From IMG/VR virus record IMGVR_UViG_3300033066_001573: 64,000 nt of DNA, one strand, 5' to 3'. The DNA is from an uncultured virus (IMG/VR IMGVR_UViG_3300033066_001573) (lineage: Duplodnaviria > Heunggongvirae > Uroviricota > Caudoviricetes). This document shows, in pieces, positions 29,828 to 39,916 of this stretch; position 1 is the first letter of the stretch, and the number at the start of each line of letters is the position of its first letter. The translations under genes were made by a program, and so were the position numbers. Below the pieces are notes generated by a model. That model worked only from the letters and a program-made list of their open reading frames with translations. It ran no database searches and was not told the origin of the DNA.

Positions 29828-30589
29828 ATGGATGATAAACGTAAAGCGTATCAACGTGAATATAGACTTTTGAATAAAGAAAAATTGAAAGAATACAAAG
29901 TAAAATATACACAGGAAAATAAAGATAAAAAAAGAGAATATGATAGAGTTTACCGAAAAAAAAATAAACGTAAAATAAAAAAATATTGCAAGTTAAATAA
30001 AGACAAAATTAAAAAGAGAAGGGCAGAACATAGCAAGAAAAACGCTAAGGTTTTAGCTGAAAAATCAAGGATATATTACAGTAATAACAAAGAAAAGATT
30101 AAAGAAAGTAGAACAGCGAGTGAAAAACAGATACTATATAGAAAAAATTATTACATTAAAAATAGAGATAAAAAAAACAAAAAAGATAGAGAAAGAAGAG
30201 AGTTAGATTTAGATTTTAGAATAAGGGGAAATCTAAGACATAGAGTTGGAATGGCAATAAAGAACAATAGTAAGTCTGAATCAACATTTGAATTATTGGG
30301 CTGCTCAATTACCGAGTTAAAAAAACATTTAGAATCAAAATTCACAGAAGGAATGACTTGGGACAATTATGGCTTAAAAGGTTGGCATATTGACCATATA
30401 ATACCATGTGATGCTTTTGATTTAAGACACAAAGAGGCTCAAAAAATATGCTTCAATTACTCAAATATGCAACCAATGTGGGGCAAAGATAATAGAAAGA
30501 AACAAGCAAAAATAGATGTTTTGGATTTACAGAAATTAACTACTTATGAAAGACAATTTTTAAAGGAAAAATTTAAAAACAAATTATAA
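29828..30589 (+). CDS. HNH homing-type endonuclease with basic N-terminal repeats
   Basis: GMTWDNYG..WHIDHIIPC..FDL....Q..CFNYSNMQPMW..DN.KK. Confidence 0.85.
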   Translation: MDDKRKAYQREYRLLNKEKLKEYKVKYTQENKDKKREYDRVYRKKNKRKIKKYCKLNKDKIKKRRAEHSKKNAKVLAEKSRIYYSNNKEKIKESRTASEKQILYRKNYYIKNRDKKNKKDRERRELDLDFRIRGNLRHRVGMAIKNNSKSESTFELLGCSITELKKHLESKFTEGMTWDNYGLKGWHIDHIIPCDAFDLRHKEAQKICFNYSNMQPMWGKDNRKKQAKIDVLDLQKLTTYERQFLKEKFKNKL

Positions 30590-30592
30590 ATC

Positions 30593-30808
30593 ATGAAAGA
30601 ACACAATGTAGATGATTGGTATTGTTTTGATTCAGAAGAAAACTACAGCTTTGAAGGTGATGTAAAAAAATATAAAACTGTTATTAGTGCAACTACAAAT
30701 GTTTCATTTTTAAATTTTGGTAAATCATCTATTGAAGAGAAAATATTTTCTTCCTTAAAAAAGAAAGAGAAAATGAAAAGATTAAGAATTTTAATTTGTT
30801 TAAAATAA
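30593..30808 (+). CDS. Hypothetical protein
   Basis: 71 aa ORF within the operon. Confidence 0.55.
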   Translation: MKEHNVDDWYCFDSEENYSFEGDVKKYKTVISATTNVSFLNFGKSSIEEKIFSSLKKKEKMKRLRILICLK

Positions 30809-30824
30809 TTTTAAAATTAAAAAA

Positions 30825-31148
30825 ATGGATTTTGGATTTACCTCTTATGATTACGATGTTTTAGAGCCGATTGAATTATATTCAATTGAACATGTTAAAA
30901 ATGAGCGAAAAATATTTCAAAGCAATTGTAAGAATTGCGGTGCGCCACTAAAAAAAAATGATTGCTGTGATTATTGTAGAAGTGATTTTAGAGTAATTGA
31001 AACTCCTAAATTAAATAATTTTAAAAATGGAGGAATAGTAGAAACTAAGGAAGGTGGATGGAGCGACTTAAATTCTTATCAAAAAGTAGCAGTGATATTA
31101 TTTGTAGCTCTTGCACCAATACAACTTTTTAGATTTCACAAAAAATGA
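30825..31148 (+). CDS. Zn-ribbon protein with FKNGG linker and C-terminal TM
   Basis: CKNCGAPL...CDYC; FKNGG; hydrophobic C-end. Confidence 0.65.
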   Translation: MDFGFTSYDYDVLEPIELYSIEHVKNERKIFQSNCKNCGAPLKKNDCCDYCRSDFRVIETPKLNNFKNGGIVETKEGGWSDLNSYQKVAVILFVALAPIQLFRFHKK

Positions 31149-31540
31149 AAAACGAAAATGAATTAATACCAATTCAATATGTTATTGAGAATATTAATGG
31201 TATTCAAAAGATAACCAATGCTTATTATTTGAAAACAATAGATGGCAAACCTAATGATAAAATCCTAATTGATTTTAAAATACATACTTCTTTAATAAGA
31301 ATAGAAACAGATAATGGAACTTTAGTTGAAGAAACAGTAAAAAAGTTTTTTATAAAGGAAAAAGAAATAAAGTTACCTTCTTATTTTTCAGCTTATAATA
31401 TTCCAATCCATATAAAGGATATTCCTGTCGATGACCTTATTGAAAACACAAATGATTTAATTTTTGAATTAATTGAAAATTCAAAAATAATAGTTACAAT
31501 ATTCCGTAAAGATAGAATTAATTTAAAAAGATTTTTGTGA
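31145..31540 (+). CDS. Hypothetical protein
   Basis: 131 aa; ATGA overlap with the upstream gene. Confidence 0.6.
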   Translation: MKNENELIPIQYVIENINGIQKITNAYYLKTIDGKPNDKILIDFKIHTSLIRIETDNGTLVEETVKKFFIKEKEIKLPSYFSAYNIPIHIKDIPVDDLIENTNDLIFELIENSKIIVTIFRKDRINLKRFL

Positions 31541-31553
31541 TATAATTTGAAAA

Positions 31554-32180
31554 ATGAAAATTGAAATTATCATGCCTTCATTCTTGGGGGCTTACCAAAA
31601 TTCAGCAACAGATAGAGAAAGAAAGTTTGAAAGAGCTGTACAAAGCTTTTTGAATCAATCGTATGATAATAAATCTTTGATTATAGTTTCGGATGGCTGC
31701 GATATAACGAACAGAATAGTAAGGTCTAAATTTAATCATGAATGCATTAAATTAGTTTCTATTGACAAACAACCATTATTCTCAGGAGCAGTTCGTCAAG
31801 AAGGATTAAATGCCGCTGATGGTGATTTTATAACGTATTTGGATGCAGATGATATGTACAAAAATAACAATCACCTAGAAGTAATTGTAAATGGATTTAA
31901 ACAATATGATTGTGATTGGTTATACTTCAATGATTATGTAAAATACTTTCACCTAGACCACTTGCCATTAGCAGAAAGAAATGTTACATTGAATAAAGGA
32001 GAAATAGGAACGTCTAACATTGCTCATAAAAATAAAAAAGATATTAATTGGATTGGCTGTGATAATTATGGACATGACCATACTTTCATAATGAATATGA
32101 AAAATAAATATCCAAACTTTAAAAAGATTTCAGGAACATCTTATGTGGTATGTCATATTCCAAATTCGGTGGATGTTTAA
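31554..32180 (+). CDS. GT2 family glycosyltransferase
   Basis: IEIIMPS...SFLNQSY..LIIVSDGC...GLNAADGDFITYLDADD. Confidence 0.9.
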   Translation: MKIEIIMPSFLGAYQNSATDRERKFERAVQSFLNQSYDNKSLIIVSDGCDITNRIVRSKFNHECIKLVSIDKQPLFSGAVRQEGLNAADGDFITYLDADDMYKNNNHLEVIVNGFKQYDCDWLYFNDYVKYFHLDHLPLAERNVTLNKGEIGTSNIAHKNKKDINWIGCDNYGHDHTFIMNMKNKYPNFKKISGTSYVVCHIPNSVDV

Positions 32181-32201
32181 GGTTAAATCATTAATTAAAA
32201 T

Positions 32202-32238
32202 AAAAAGTCCTATTCAAATTGAGTAGGACTTTATTTTT
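32202..32238. terminator. Bidirectional terminator at the convergent junction
   Basis: AAAGTCCTATTCAA/TTGAGTAGGACTTT stem flanked by A- and T-runs. Confidence 0.8.
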
Positions 32239-32257
32239 AACCAAAAAAAATAATTAT

Positions 32258-32830
32258 TTAAACATTTTTACCATAAAATTTAATATTTAATTCCGTTTCA
32301 GGTTCAACTGTAAGTTTAAAATAAGAGTTACCATCAATTGTAATTCCAAAACCTCTAATTGGAATTATATTTTTATCTTCCTTATCTTCTAATAGAATAG
32401 GTATAATATTATTATTTCCAAAATCATCTCTATAAAATGATTTTGTAATAATTGGAGTATCAAGAGTACTTCCATTTTTATCAATGTTAATATATCTAAT
32501 AATATTATATAATTGATTTTTATTATGAGAATCTAACTCAATAAATTCTAAAGATGTTTTATGTTCTTCATTAACATTTTTTTTAACAAAAGAAATGATG
32601 TCTTCTGAACTTTTTTCAGATATTTTTATCTCAGAATCACTCCCGAAATTACCTGAAAAAATAAAAATATTTAATCCAAATAATATAGCCTGTTTTGCTT
32701 CTTTACTGTCATTAATTATTTTAAAATCATAAATAGCTTTTTTATCTATAGATTTAATAAATTCATTTTGAAGATTATCAATAGCCTCAAAGCTTTCATT
32801 TCCTTCATGTTTTCCATTTACAAATTTCAT
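32258..32830 (-). CDS. Divergent paralog of the putative capsid domain
   Basis: YDFKIIN....KQAILFG....NFGSD...DKNG....PIITKSF...IDGNSY. Confidence 0.7.
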   Translation of the reverse strand: MKFVNGKHEGNESFEAIDNLQNEFIKSIDKKAIYDFKIINDSKEAKQAILFGLNIFIFSGNFGSDSEIKISEKSSEDIISFVKKNVNEEHKTSLEFIELDSHNKNQLYNIIRYINIDKNGSTLDTPIITKSFYRDDFGNNNIIPILLEDKEDKNIIPIRGFGITIDGNSYFKLTVEPETELNIKFYGKNV

Positions 32831-32847
32831 TTATTTAAGATTAAGAA

Positions 32848-33210
32848 TTAATTAAAAAACCCATCAAATCCACTATCAAGGTTTTCTGTGTTTGACAAGT
32901 CGATTCCATCAAATGCCGTTATGGATTGAACTTTATTATTTACTTTATCAATAATAGGAGTGATGTAGCAAATTGTATCAGGTAAAACTCCAATATATTC
33001 TCTTCCGTTGATTGGATTTATTAACTTCCAAAATTCATTTTCTATAATGTTTCCATTAGCAGATTGGAATTTTAAACGTGTAATATCATTTTCAATTAAA
33101 AATGAATCCTTTTTTTTAACAGGTACATTAATAAATGACTTATAAAATCCATTTGCATCAGATAAAAATACCCTCATGCCAAAATCTTTTTTAAACACTA
33201 ATCTTTTCAT
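32848..33210 (-). CDS. Hypothetical protein ending in FDG motifs
   Basis: TAFDG...SGFDGFFN. Confidence 0.65.
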   Translation of the reverse strand: MKRLVFKKDFGMRVFLSDANGFYKSFINVPVKKKDSFLIENDITRLKFQSANGNIIENEFWKLINPINGREYIGVLPDTICYITPIIDKVNNKVQSITAFDGIDLSNTENLDSGFDGFFN

Positions 33211-33214
33211 TTTA

Positions 33215-33703
33215 TTATTTTTTTGGTGGAATAATCTTCATTGAGGCAGCAGCTAAAATTGTACCCGCTAATGAGAATAACAAGGCATAACCAATATATC
33301 CTTTAACACTTGATTTTTTGTAATAAGCAAACCCTAAACCTGCTGCTAAACCAATTGGTGATAATATTTTTGCTCTATTAGAAAATACTTGTAATTTATT
33401 AAAAACATTTTCTAATTCTTTTGGTGGTTCTATTGTTGTTGATGTAGAAGCCTTGCCTTCTTTAAAATCTGAAACCATTTTTCTAGCTGTATCATCAAAT
33501 GGCTCGAAGAATTCAGAAAATTGATTAACGTCTTTTGCAGCATATTCAGCAAAAGTTAATCCTTTTTGCTTTGTAGCATCAGATGTATACCTAAATGCTA
33601 CTTTCCAATTAGGGTCTTTATCATTAGAAATTAATTGACCATCAACAACCATATTTAATGGAGCATAATCTCCTACTTTTTTTATTACTTTAAACTTTGC
33701 CAT
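33215..33703 (-). CDS. Protein with two C-terminal TM helices (start corrected to MAKFKV)
   Basis: The track N-extension only reads through the microsatellite. Confidence 0.75.
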   Translation of the reverse strand: MAKFKVIKKVGDYAPLNMVVDGQLISNDKDPNWKVAFRYTSDATKQKGLTFAEYAAKDVNQFSEFFEPFDDTARKMVSDFKEGKASTSTTIEPPKELENVFNKLQVFSNRAKILSPIGLAAGLGFAYYKKSSVKGYIGYALLFSLAGTILAAASMKIIPPKK

Positions 33704-33723
33704 TTTTTTAAATTTATATTTTT

Positions 33724-33731
33724 CAAAGATA
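33724..33731 (-). promoter_or_regulatory. -7 promoter element adjacent to the microsatellite
   Basis: TATCTTTG on the minus strand. Confidence 0.55.
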
Positions 33732-33744
33732 GCAAAAGATATAC

Positions 33745-33792
33745 TATGTATGTATGTATGTATGTATGTATGTATGTATGTATGTATGTATG
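33745..33792. repeat. (TATG)12 perfect microsatellite
   Basis: 48 bp, counted directly. Confidence 0.97.
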
Positions 33793-33839
33793 AGTAACTT
33801 ACAATTAGTAACACTAAATGTTGCATGTTACTTTATAAT

Positions 33840-34094
33840 CTAATTGAATGTCTTTCTTTTAGAAATAGAATCACTTATTTGTTTTTTAACTTGCTCTATT
33901 TTAAATAAATTATCAGGGTCTTGCTTAACTAAATAATCTTCTATCTGTTCAAGTACCTGAAAATAGCCTTCATTAGCCATAGGAGCTGAATTTGATTTCA
34001 CTAATGATGTTCCATATGCATTCCAATAGAACTGAAGAAGTTCTTCATTAGAAAGGTTTAAATTGATTGGAATTGAATTTTTATTAGAATTCAT
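33840..34094 (-). CDS. Hypothetical protein (start corrected to MNSNK)
   Basis: The track start lies in the terminator hairpin. Confidence 0.6.
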   Translation of the reverse strand: MNSNKNSIPINLNLSNEELLQFYWNAYGTSLVKSNSAPMANEGYFQVLEQIEDYLVKQDPDNLFKIEQVKKQISDSISKRKTFN

Positions 34095-34099
34095 AAAAG

Positions 34100-34128
34100 A
34101 AAAAAGCCACACCGATTAAGATGTGGCT
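34100..34128 (-). terminator. Rho-independent terminator
   Basis: AGCCACA...TGTGGCT stem plus U-run on the minus strand. Confidence 0.65.
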
Positions 34129-34135
34129 ATTGTTT

Positions 34136-34717
34136 TTAGTCCGCTACTACTGACAAAGGAGAAGATGCCTTAACCTCTTCGCTAGGCTTAAACTTGCCTA
34201 ATCTAATTGCGTTTTCAACCTCTTGCTTGATGTACAAGAAGAACTCAACTTTTATTTTAATGTCATCGTTTTCGTTTTTATACGAATTCATTACATCTGA
34301 TAAACGAGGGTTTGTTTTCATTACCTCTTGTGCCTGTGAATAGATTTCATCATATCTACTATCGCAATCAGCTTTAAGCTCTGCAAACTTAGCGTCATAT
34401 TCTTTTCTTCTATCCATCCACATTTCAAAGTATCTTTTCTTTTCAAAAAGACTTGCCTCTGCACTTTTCTTCTCTAGGCTTAATTTACCAATATCATAAG
34501 AATCTAAATGTATTTTCTTTGTTACAGGGAAGCCCAATAATCTGAATGTTTCAGTTGTATAACCTCTTTTGATACGCTCATCAATAGCTTCCATGATTTT
34601 ATCAATTGCTAATAATGATTCTTTGTAAAAAGTAACCCTACTATCTATTTCAGGTTTTTGTTCGAGGATTTTTACTATTTCCTCTCTCTCTTCGGGAGTC
34701 ATGAATTTTTTACTCAT
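34136..34717 (-). CDS. Hypothetical helical protein
   Basis: 193 aa, charged, coiled-coil-like. Confidence 0.7.
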   Translation of the reverse strand: MSKKFMTPEEREEIVKILEQKPEIDSRVTFYKESLLAIDKIMEAIDERIKRGYTTETFRLLGFPVTKKIHLDSYDIGKLSLEKKSAEASLFEKKRYFEMWMDRRKEYDAKFAELKADCDSRYDEIYSQAQEVMKTNPRLSDVMNSYKNENDDIKIKVEFFLYIKQEVENAIRLGKFKPSEEVKASSPLSVVAD

Positions 34718-34796
34718 ATTGCTGTTTTTTTTGCTGTTAATAGATGATAAAAATAGTGAAATTATTTGAATGTCTTTTATTTTATTTTAAAAGTTA

Positions 34797-35642
34797 TTAA
34801 AAAATTGATTTTCCTAGTTCTCCAAATTTAGGATAATTATTACTAAAACCTAATAGATGATACATGACTTTTGTTCTGCCCATAATCGTTGTTTCAATTG
34901 ATTCAATTTTACTCAAGTCAAATTTATGTTGAACATCAACTATTCCTGATTGGAACTGATTAGCCGAAAAGCTATTTATAGGTTCAATTTTATCTAATGA
35001 ATCTTTTGATTTATTTAATACAGGCACTTCAAACTGATTATGATTTTTAGTCCAAATTCTCATTAATTCATAATTAGTTTTATCTTCATTAAAATCATTG
35101 TTAGTTATTTTAATTTTTTCATTTTCATTTATTCCTTTGAATAAATCAATTAAATTAACTTTAACAGACTCTAGTGATGTATTTTCAACTACAACATAAG
35201 AGCCTTGTTCATGTAGTTTATTACCTTTCGATTTACCTTCAAAAAAAGTAACACATACATGTTCCATAAACTTTAATGGAATTCTAAGATTCAAATCTTC
35301 TATTTCTGCTTCAAAAGGAATGTCAATTATACCTGATTGAAATTGATTAACCGAAAAATAAGATGATAAATTCACCTTCTTGTCAAAAAGAAAGAATGGA
35401 CGAGATAAAAAATCAAAAATATCAATATTGAATTGCAATCTCATTAATTCTATAGATTTGAAATCTTCATCTTCTTTTTGACCAACTCCTATTCTTATAG
35501 AACCTGAGTTTTTTACGAAATCTTTAGCGAATGGATTTACATAAACCACATCTCTATTGGCATTATATAAATCGAATTGTATAGGAGATTTACTTTGTTT
35601 GTAATCTCTAATGATGGTTTCTGATGCGAATATATCTTCCAT
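34797..35642 (-). CDS. Tandem double copy of the putative capsid domain
   Basis: YFSVNQFQSGIIDIPF and SFSANQFQSGIVDVQH, each preceded by ELMR. Confidence 0.75.
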   Translation of the reverse strand: MEDIFASETIIRDYKQSKSPIQFDLYNANRDVVYVNPFAKDFVKNSGSIRIGVGQKEDEDFKSIELMRLQFNIDIFDFLSRPFFLFDKKVNLSSYFSVNQFQSGIIDIPFEAEIEDLNLRIPLKFMEHVCVTFFEGKSKGNKLHEQGSYVVVENTSLESVKVNLIDLFKGINENEKIKITNNDFNEDKTNYELMRIWTKNHNQFEVPVLNKSKDSLDKIEPINSFSANQFQSGIVDVQHKFDLSKIESIETTIMGRTKVMYHLLGFSNNYPKFGELGKSIF

Positions 35643-35674
35643 GTTGTTATTATTTTTGCTGTTAATTTGTATTT

Positions 35675-36343
35675 TTATAATTTTGTATTTTTTAGTAAAA
35701 CATCTCCTCCGTAATCTTTAACTACTTCATAATAAGGTAATAATTCTAAAATTTCTGAAATATTTATTTTGTCACTGTAAGAATATCCATCAATATATTC
35801 AGTGTAAAGATATTTTACATGATTGGTAAATGTTTCCATTCCACCTCTTATCATGTCTTTTTCAGCTCCCTGAACATCAGCCCATATAAAATCTATTTTT
35901 TTACCTTTTAAAATACTGTTATTATAATGAGTATCAAGTTTAATGACATTAGTTTTTGATAATTCAAATTTAATATCAGGATATTCTCTAAGAATAATTT
36001 GCGGTTGTTTAATTGATGAACTTCCATGATAGCTAGTTATAAACTTACCATCTTCATATTTTTTTCCGCTGCTCACATGAAAATCACATTCTCCATCTAT
36101 ATTTCCTATTGCATATTCATAAAAATCCAATAATCCATCTTTTATATAATCTCCATTTCTATTATAAAAATCTGTTTTTAGATTTTTATTTGGCTCAAAT
36201 GCATGATAAATAAATTTTCTATTTAATAATTTAAGATGTTCAATCATTATTTTTGTTTGGTCTCCCTCACAAGTTCCAAATTCTAAAACAATTGGATTAT
36301 CTGATTTAGATATTAAATGTTTAAATTTTTCAAAAATTTCCAT
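35675..36343 (-). CDS. FkbM family methyltransferase
   Basis: VLEFGTCEG, HAFEPN, KLD, IDFIWADVQGAE, YLYTEY. Confidence 0.88.
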   Translation of the reverse strand: MEIFEKFKHLISKSDNPIVLEFGTCEGDQTKIMIEHLKLLNRKFIYHAFEPNKNLKTDFYNRNGDYIKDGLLDFYEYAIGNIDGECDFHVSSGKKYEDGKFITSYHGSSSIKQPQIILREYPDIKFELSKTNVIKLDTHYNNSILKGKKIDFIWADVQGAEKDMIRGGMETFTNHVKYLYTEYIDGYSYSDKINISEILELLPYYEVVKDYGGDVLLKNTKL

Positions 36344-36348
36344 TTTTT

Positions 36349-37041
36349 TTATTTTTTATAAAAGTAAGTTGGTGTTGAATTAGGAATAGTTAGTATTTCG
36401 GGATGGTATCCTATTTCATCAAAAAATTCATTACATGCGATTCTAACGCCATCTAAAGCCCAATCATCAATTACTACAATACCTCCTTCTGAAATAAAAG
36501 GATATAGCTTTCTTAGTGTATAGATTGTCGGGTCGTAAATATCCATGTCTAATCTTAATATTGCTATTTTACCAATATTACTTGCTACTTCATCAGTAAT
36601 AGTATTTTGAACCCAACCTTGAATTAAATTTATTTTTAATCCATCATAAAGTCCAAAACTTTTTAAGTTTTTAATTACTTGGTCTTTAGGATGACAAGTT
36701 ATTCCACTTGATTTTAATAGTTCGGATTCAGGAACATTAACATCATGTGTTATAGCTCCTATTCCTGCTTGAACAGTATCTTTTTTGCCCGCTAATTGTA
36801 TCCCTTCAAAACTATCAAACCCATAAAAATCTCTATTTAATCCTGATGGACTTGAAACAACTCCAAGTATCATGGAAGCAAAGTTTCCACCTGCCGCTAT
36901 ACCACATTCAATGATAGCACCTTCAATATTATTATCTACAACATATTTTCCTATATCAAAACTATGTTGTTTAGTTTCTGTTGATGAATATACTATTTGA
37001 CCTATTTGGTTAAGCGTATTGTTTATTATTTGTTCGTTCAT
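36349..37041 (-). CDS. TylF/NovP-like sugar O-methyltransferase
   Basis: IEGAIIECGIAAGG, GFDSFEG, IAILRLDMDIY, GGIVVIDDW. Confidence 0.9.
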   Translation of the reverse strand: MNEQIINNTLNQIGQIVYSSTETKQHSFDIGKYVVDNNIEGAIIECGIAAGGNFASMILGVVSSPSGLNRDFYGFDSFEGIQLAGKKDTVQAGIGAITHDVNVPESELLKSSGITCHPKDQVIKNLKSFGLYDGLKINLIQGWVQNTITDEVASNIGKIAILRLDMDIYDPTIYTLRKLYPFISEGGIVVIDDWALDGVRIACNEFFDEIGYHPEILTIPNSTPTYFYKK

Positions 37042-37066
37042 ATTTTTTTTATTTGTTTGTTTAAAA

Positions 37067-37741
37067 TTAAATTCCTCTTGCTAAAAAAATTGTTGATTCA
37101 TTAACAGGTATTCCATCAAATTCATACTGCATAAAAGTAGGATTTATTCTTTTAATATCCATACTATGTGCAACAAAAGAAGCAACTGATTGGTCATGTC
37201 GATGACCTAAGCATCTAGGGTCATTAGAGCATGAATTATTTTGATTATTCCAAGCTCCTTTGAATGTCATTTCTTGTTGTGCATAATTAAACCATCTATT
37301 AAAGAATTCACTTGATTTTTCATTTGTAAAATCTATTCCTGTAAATCCCGCTGAATGTAATTGAATTAGCATTGATTCATCTCTAGTTATTCCAAAAGTG
37401 CTTAAAGCTGAGTCAGTACAATACTGACCTAAACTATACCCACAATATTCTAAAAGAGTTCCATGCTCCTTAATAAAGTTAAAACAAGGCATTACGTTTT
37501 TTATAGGGTATAAAGATGCATCGCAATATAATACAACATCATATCCTCTTTTTTTCGCTTCATTTATTGCAAAAACTTTAAATTGATACGGAACTTCTTG
37601 TTGAGACTTACTTCCAACTTGGGAATAATCATCGAATAATAAAATATCTCCCTGATAATTATTTTCTAATAATTTTTTATATAATCGAGATTGCCCTGTT
37701 TTAAAAGAACCATTTGAAAAATTAACTATACAATGTTTCAT
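37067..37741 (-). CDS. Putative GT-A glycosyltransferase
   Basis: PYQFKVFAI.EA...GYDVVLYCDAS...HRHDQSVAS. Confidence 0.65.
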   Translation of the reverse strand: MKHCIVNFSNGSFKTGQSRLYKKLLENNYQGDILLFDDYSQVGSKSQQEVPYQFKVFAINEAKKRGYDVVLYCDASLYPIKNVMPCFNFIKEHGTLLEYCGYSLGQYCTDSALSTFGITRDESMLIQLHSAGFTGIDFTNEKSSEFFNRWFNYAQQEMTFKGAWNNQNNSCSNDPRCLGHRHDQSVASFVAHSMDIKRINPTFMQYEFDGIPVNESTIFLARGI

Positions 37742-38319
37742 TGTTTTTTCTTTTTAAAAATTACATCAGAATAATTAAATTTAACCTTTTTATTTTTTGA
37801 ATTAAATTTATGTACAAATCCGCTTTCACTTATTTCATAGCTTGGTAAAGGTAAGTATTTTTCATAAACACTTGATTCAAAAAAAGAATAATTTGCATTA
37901 TAAATAACTAACAATCCACCTTCATTTAACTTTGAATCTAAAATATTTAAAGCGTTATTAAAACTTTCAAATGGGTATATTAAAGAAGAGTCATCAGTTA
38001 ACTCTGTATCCTCCCACTTACAAAGAACGCTCATTGCAAATATAACATCATATTTTTTCTCATCACTTACAAATTCGTTATAGTGCATTACTTTATCAGT
38101 ACCAAACTCATTTCTACAGATGTTTATACAATTATCACTTATATCTACTCCATAAATATCAGAGCTTTTAAAGTAAATATCTTTAAAAGTTCTCATCTCT
38201 TCTCCTGTTGAGCATCCAAAAGATAATACTGATTTTGGATTTATTAAAATAGAACTAACCTCCTTAAATATATTTGGATACCGATTGTATAGAGTAGCAT
38301 TATTTTTTTGATGAACCAT
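37738..38319 (-). CDS. Class I SAM-dependent methyltransferase
   Basis: VLSFGCSTGEE, YGVDIS, YDVIFAMSVL, LNEGGLLVI. Confidence 0.85.
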   Translation of the reverse strand: MVHQKNNATLYNRYPNIFKEVSSILINPKSVLSFGCSTGEEMRTFKDIYFKSSDIYGVDISDNCINICRNEFGTDKVMHYNEFVSDEKKYDVIFAMSVLCKWEDTELTDDSSLIYPFESFNNALNILDSKLNEGGLLVIYNANYSFFESSVYEKYLPLPSYEISESGFVHKFNSKNKKVKFNYSDVIFKKKKQ

Positions 38320-38924
38320 TACTTTGCTGCAATTAAATTTTCTGCATTTAGCATAATTTGTTTGAATCCAAAATTAGATAGTCTTTCCATCATTTTAGCA
38401 TTATGATTATCGTGTTCAATACAAATCATTTTTAGTCTATTAAGAAAGTTATCAGGAAGTAAATTGAATAATTCCAAGTTAGTTCCTTCTGTATCCAATG
38501 TTAGAAAATCTATGTCAGAACCATTTTCTTCGATAAATCTATTCATACTTATAGCCTCCACAATAATCTTATTGTATTTAACCCCTGCTCCACGCTCCCA
38601 TTTATCCTTATGAGATACATCCGTAGTCCCAATAGCATCTCCTCCAATTGTATCATGAAACTCAATAGTACCATCTTGAGGTGTTATTGCAGCTTGAACT
38701 AATTTTATTCTAGGCTCATTAGAATATTCATTTACGAATTGCTTCATACAAATAGGTGAAGGCTCTACAATAACTCCACTAGCTCCTAATTCATATAAAG
38801 CTCTTGTATTTGAAAAAGTGAAAGGATGAAATCCACCAATCTCAATATATTTAATTCCTTCTCCATTATTATTGAAATAATTTAGAATGTAACTCTGCTC
38901 ATCGTTTTGACTATATTTTTCCAT
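38319..38924 (-). CDS. FkbM family methyltransferase
   Basis: YSQNDE, YIEIGG..P.TFSNT, VIVEPS, IDFLTLDTEG, MICIEH. Confidence 0.88.
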   Translation of the reverse strand: MEKYSQNDEQSYILNYFNNNGEGIKYIEIGGFHPFTFSNTRALYELGASGVIVEPSPICMKQFVNEYSNEPRIKLVQAAITPQDGTIEFHDTIGGDAIGTTDVSHKDKWERGAGVKYNKIIVEAISMNRFIEENGSDIDFLTLDTEGTNLELFNLLPDNFLNRLKMICIEHDNHNAKMMERLSNFGFKQIMLNAENLIAAK

Positions 38925-38938
38925 TTTTTATTTTATTT

Positions 38939-39304
38939 TTAAATTCTAGTTTTAAAATGTTCCTTTATTTTTTCTATTGCATCATAAGCAATTTTTGCAG
39001 CTTTTTCATTTTTACAATTTATCGCTACATATGCTAAGTTTCCTATTGAAGTTGTATTTGCAGATTGCAATTCAGCTATACTAAAATCCGTGTTTAAAAC
39101 TCCTTCAACAAACCATTCTTCATTAACATTACATTTAGTTGGAAAGTCAACATAATTTGCTTGTTCTTCGATTGGTATTGATAATATTTTAGGGAACATT
39201 ATCTCAAGATGTTCTATCGATGAACGTAGTCCAAATTTATCAAATCCCCAAGCGGTTCTTTTAAATATTGAAGCTGTATTGTAAATTATTTCTCTTAAAA
39301 ACAT
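38939..39304 (-). CDS. Hypothetical protein
   Basis: 121 aa ORF in the operon. Confidence 0.6.
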   Translation of the reverse strand: MFLREIIYNTASIFKRTAWGFDKFGLRSSIEHLEIMFPKILSIPIEEQANYVDFPTKCNVNEEWFVEGVLNTDFSIAELQSANTTSIGNLAYVAINCKNEKAAKIAYDAIEKIKEHFKTRI

Positions 39305-39310
39305 AATTAA

Positions 39311-39886
39311 TTATTTGTTTGAAACGTATCTGTAAAAGTACGTTGTTTTTTCTATTCTGCCCTCAGTTTTTAACAATCCTGACCTACATAATTGCATTGC
39401 CCAATCAGTATCCTCACCATGATTTATTTCAGGAAAAACAAATTGCTTACCAATAGAACTTCTAATTATATTTAAGTGATTAGGTGGTCTATAATGAACA
39501 TTGTCTTTAGTAAAGTATTCAGTATGTTTTAATTCGTGTATAAACGTTTGACTACTTCCTCCGTCAACTGTTAGTTCTCCTATTAAATTAATGCAGTCAG
39601 GATTTTGTGAATTTAAAATATCAACTGCTTCACGTAAGTAATCAGCTATCTTATCATCATCATCAATAAAACAAAACCATTTACCCCTGCATGCTTGAAG
39701 AAGGATATTTCTTTTCCATCCAATACTATGCTCTCCTCTTTTATCTTTTGAAACAAGAACTTCAATATCAATGCCTTCTTGTAATCCAAACTGCATCATT
39801 TGTCTTGCAATGTTGTATTTAAGGTCATCAAAGAAATGTTCTCTTCCTTCGATAGTACATATTAATATAGATAAAGTCGGCTGCAT
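39311..39886 (-). CDS. GT2 family glycosyltransferase
   Basis: LSILICT, IGWKRN.LL, GKWFCFIDDDD, GEDTDW. Confidence 0.88.
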   Translation of the reverse strand: MQPTLSILICTIEGREHFFDDLKYNIARQMMQFGLQEGIDIEVLVSKDKRGEHSIGWKRNILLQACRGKWFCFIDDDDKIADYLREAVDILNSQNPDCINLIGELTVDGGSSQTFIHELKHTEYFTKDNVHYRPPNHLNIIRSSIGKQFVFPEINHGEDTDWAMQLCRSGLLKTEGRIEKTTYFYRYVSNK

Positions 39887-39916
39887 TATTTTTTAGAAAC
39901 TTTTTTAGTTGACTTT

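Noticed and set aside
33704..33826. N-terminal HTYI repeats in the track ORF 33215..33826
   Set aside because: This is only the translation of the (TATG)12 tract; a -7 box and A-rich leader point to ATG 33703.
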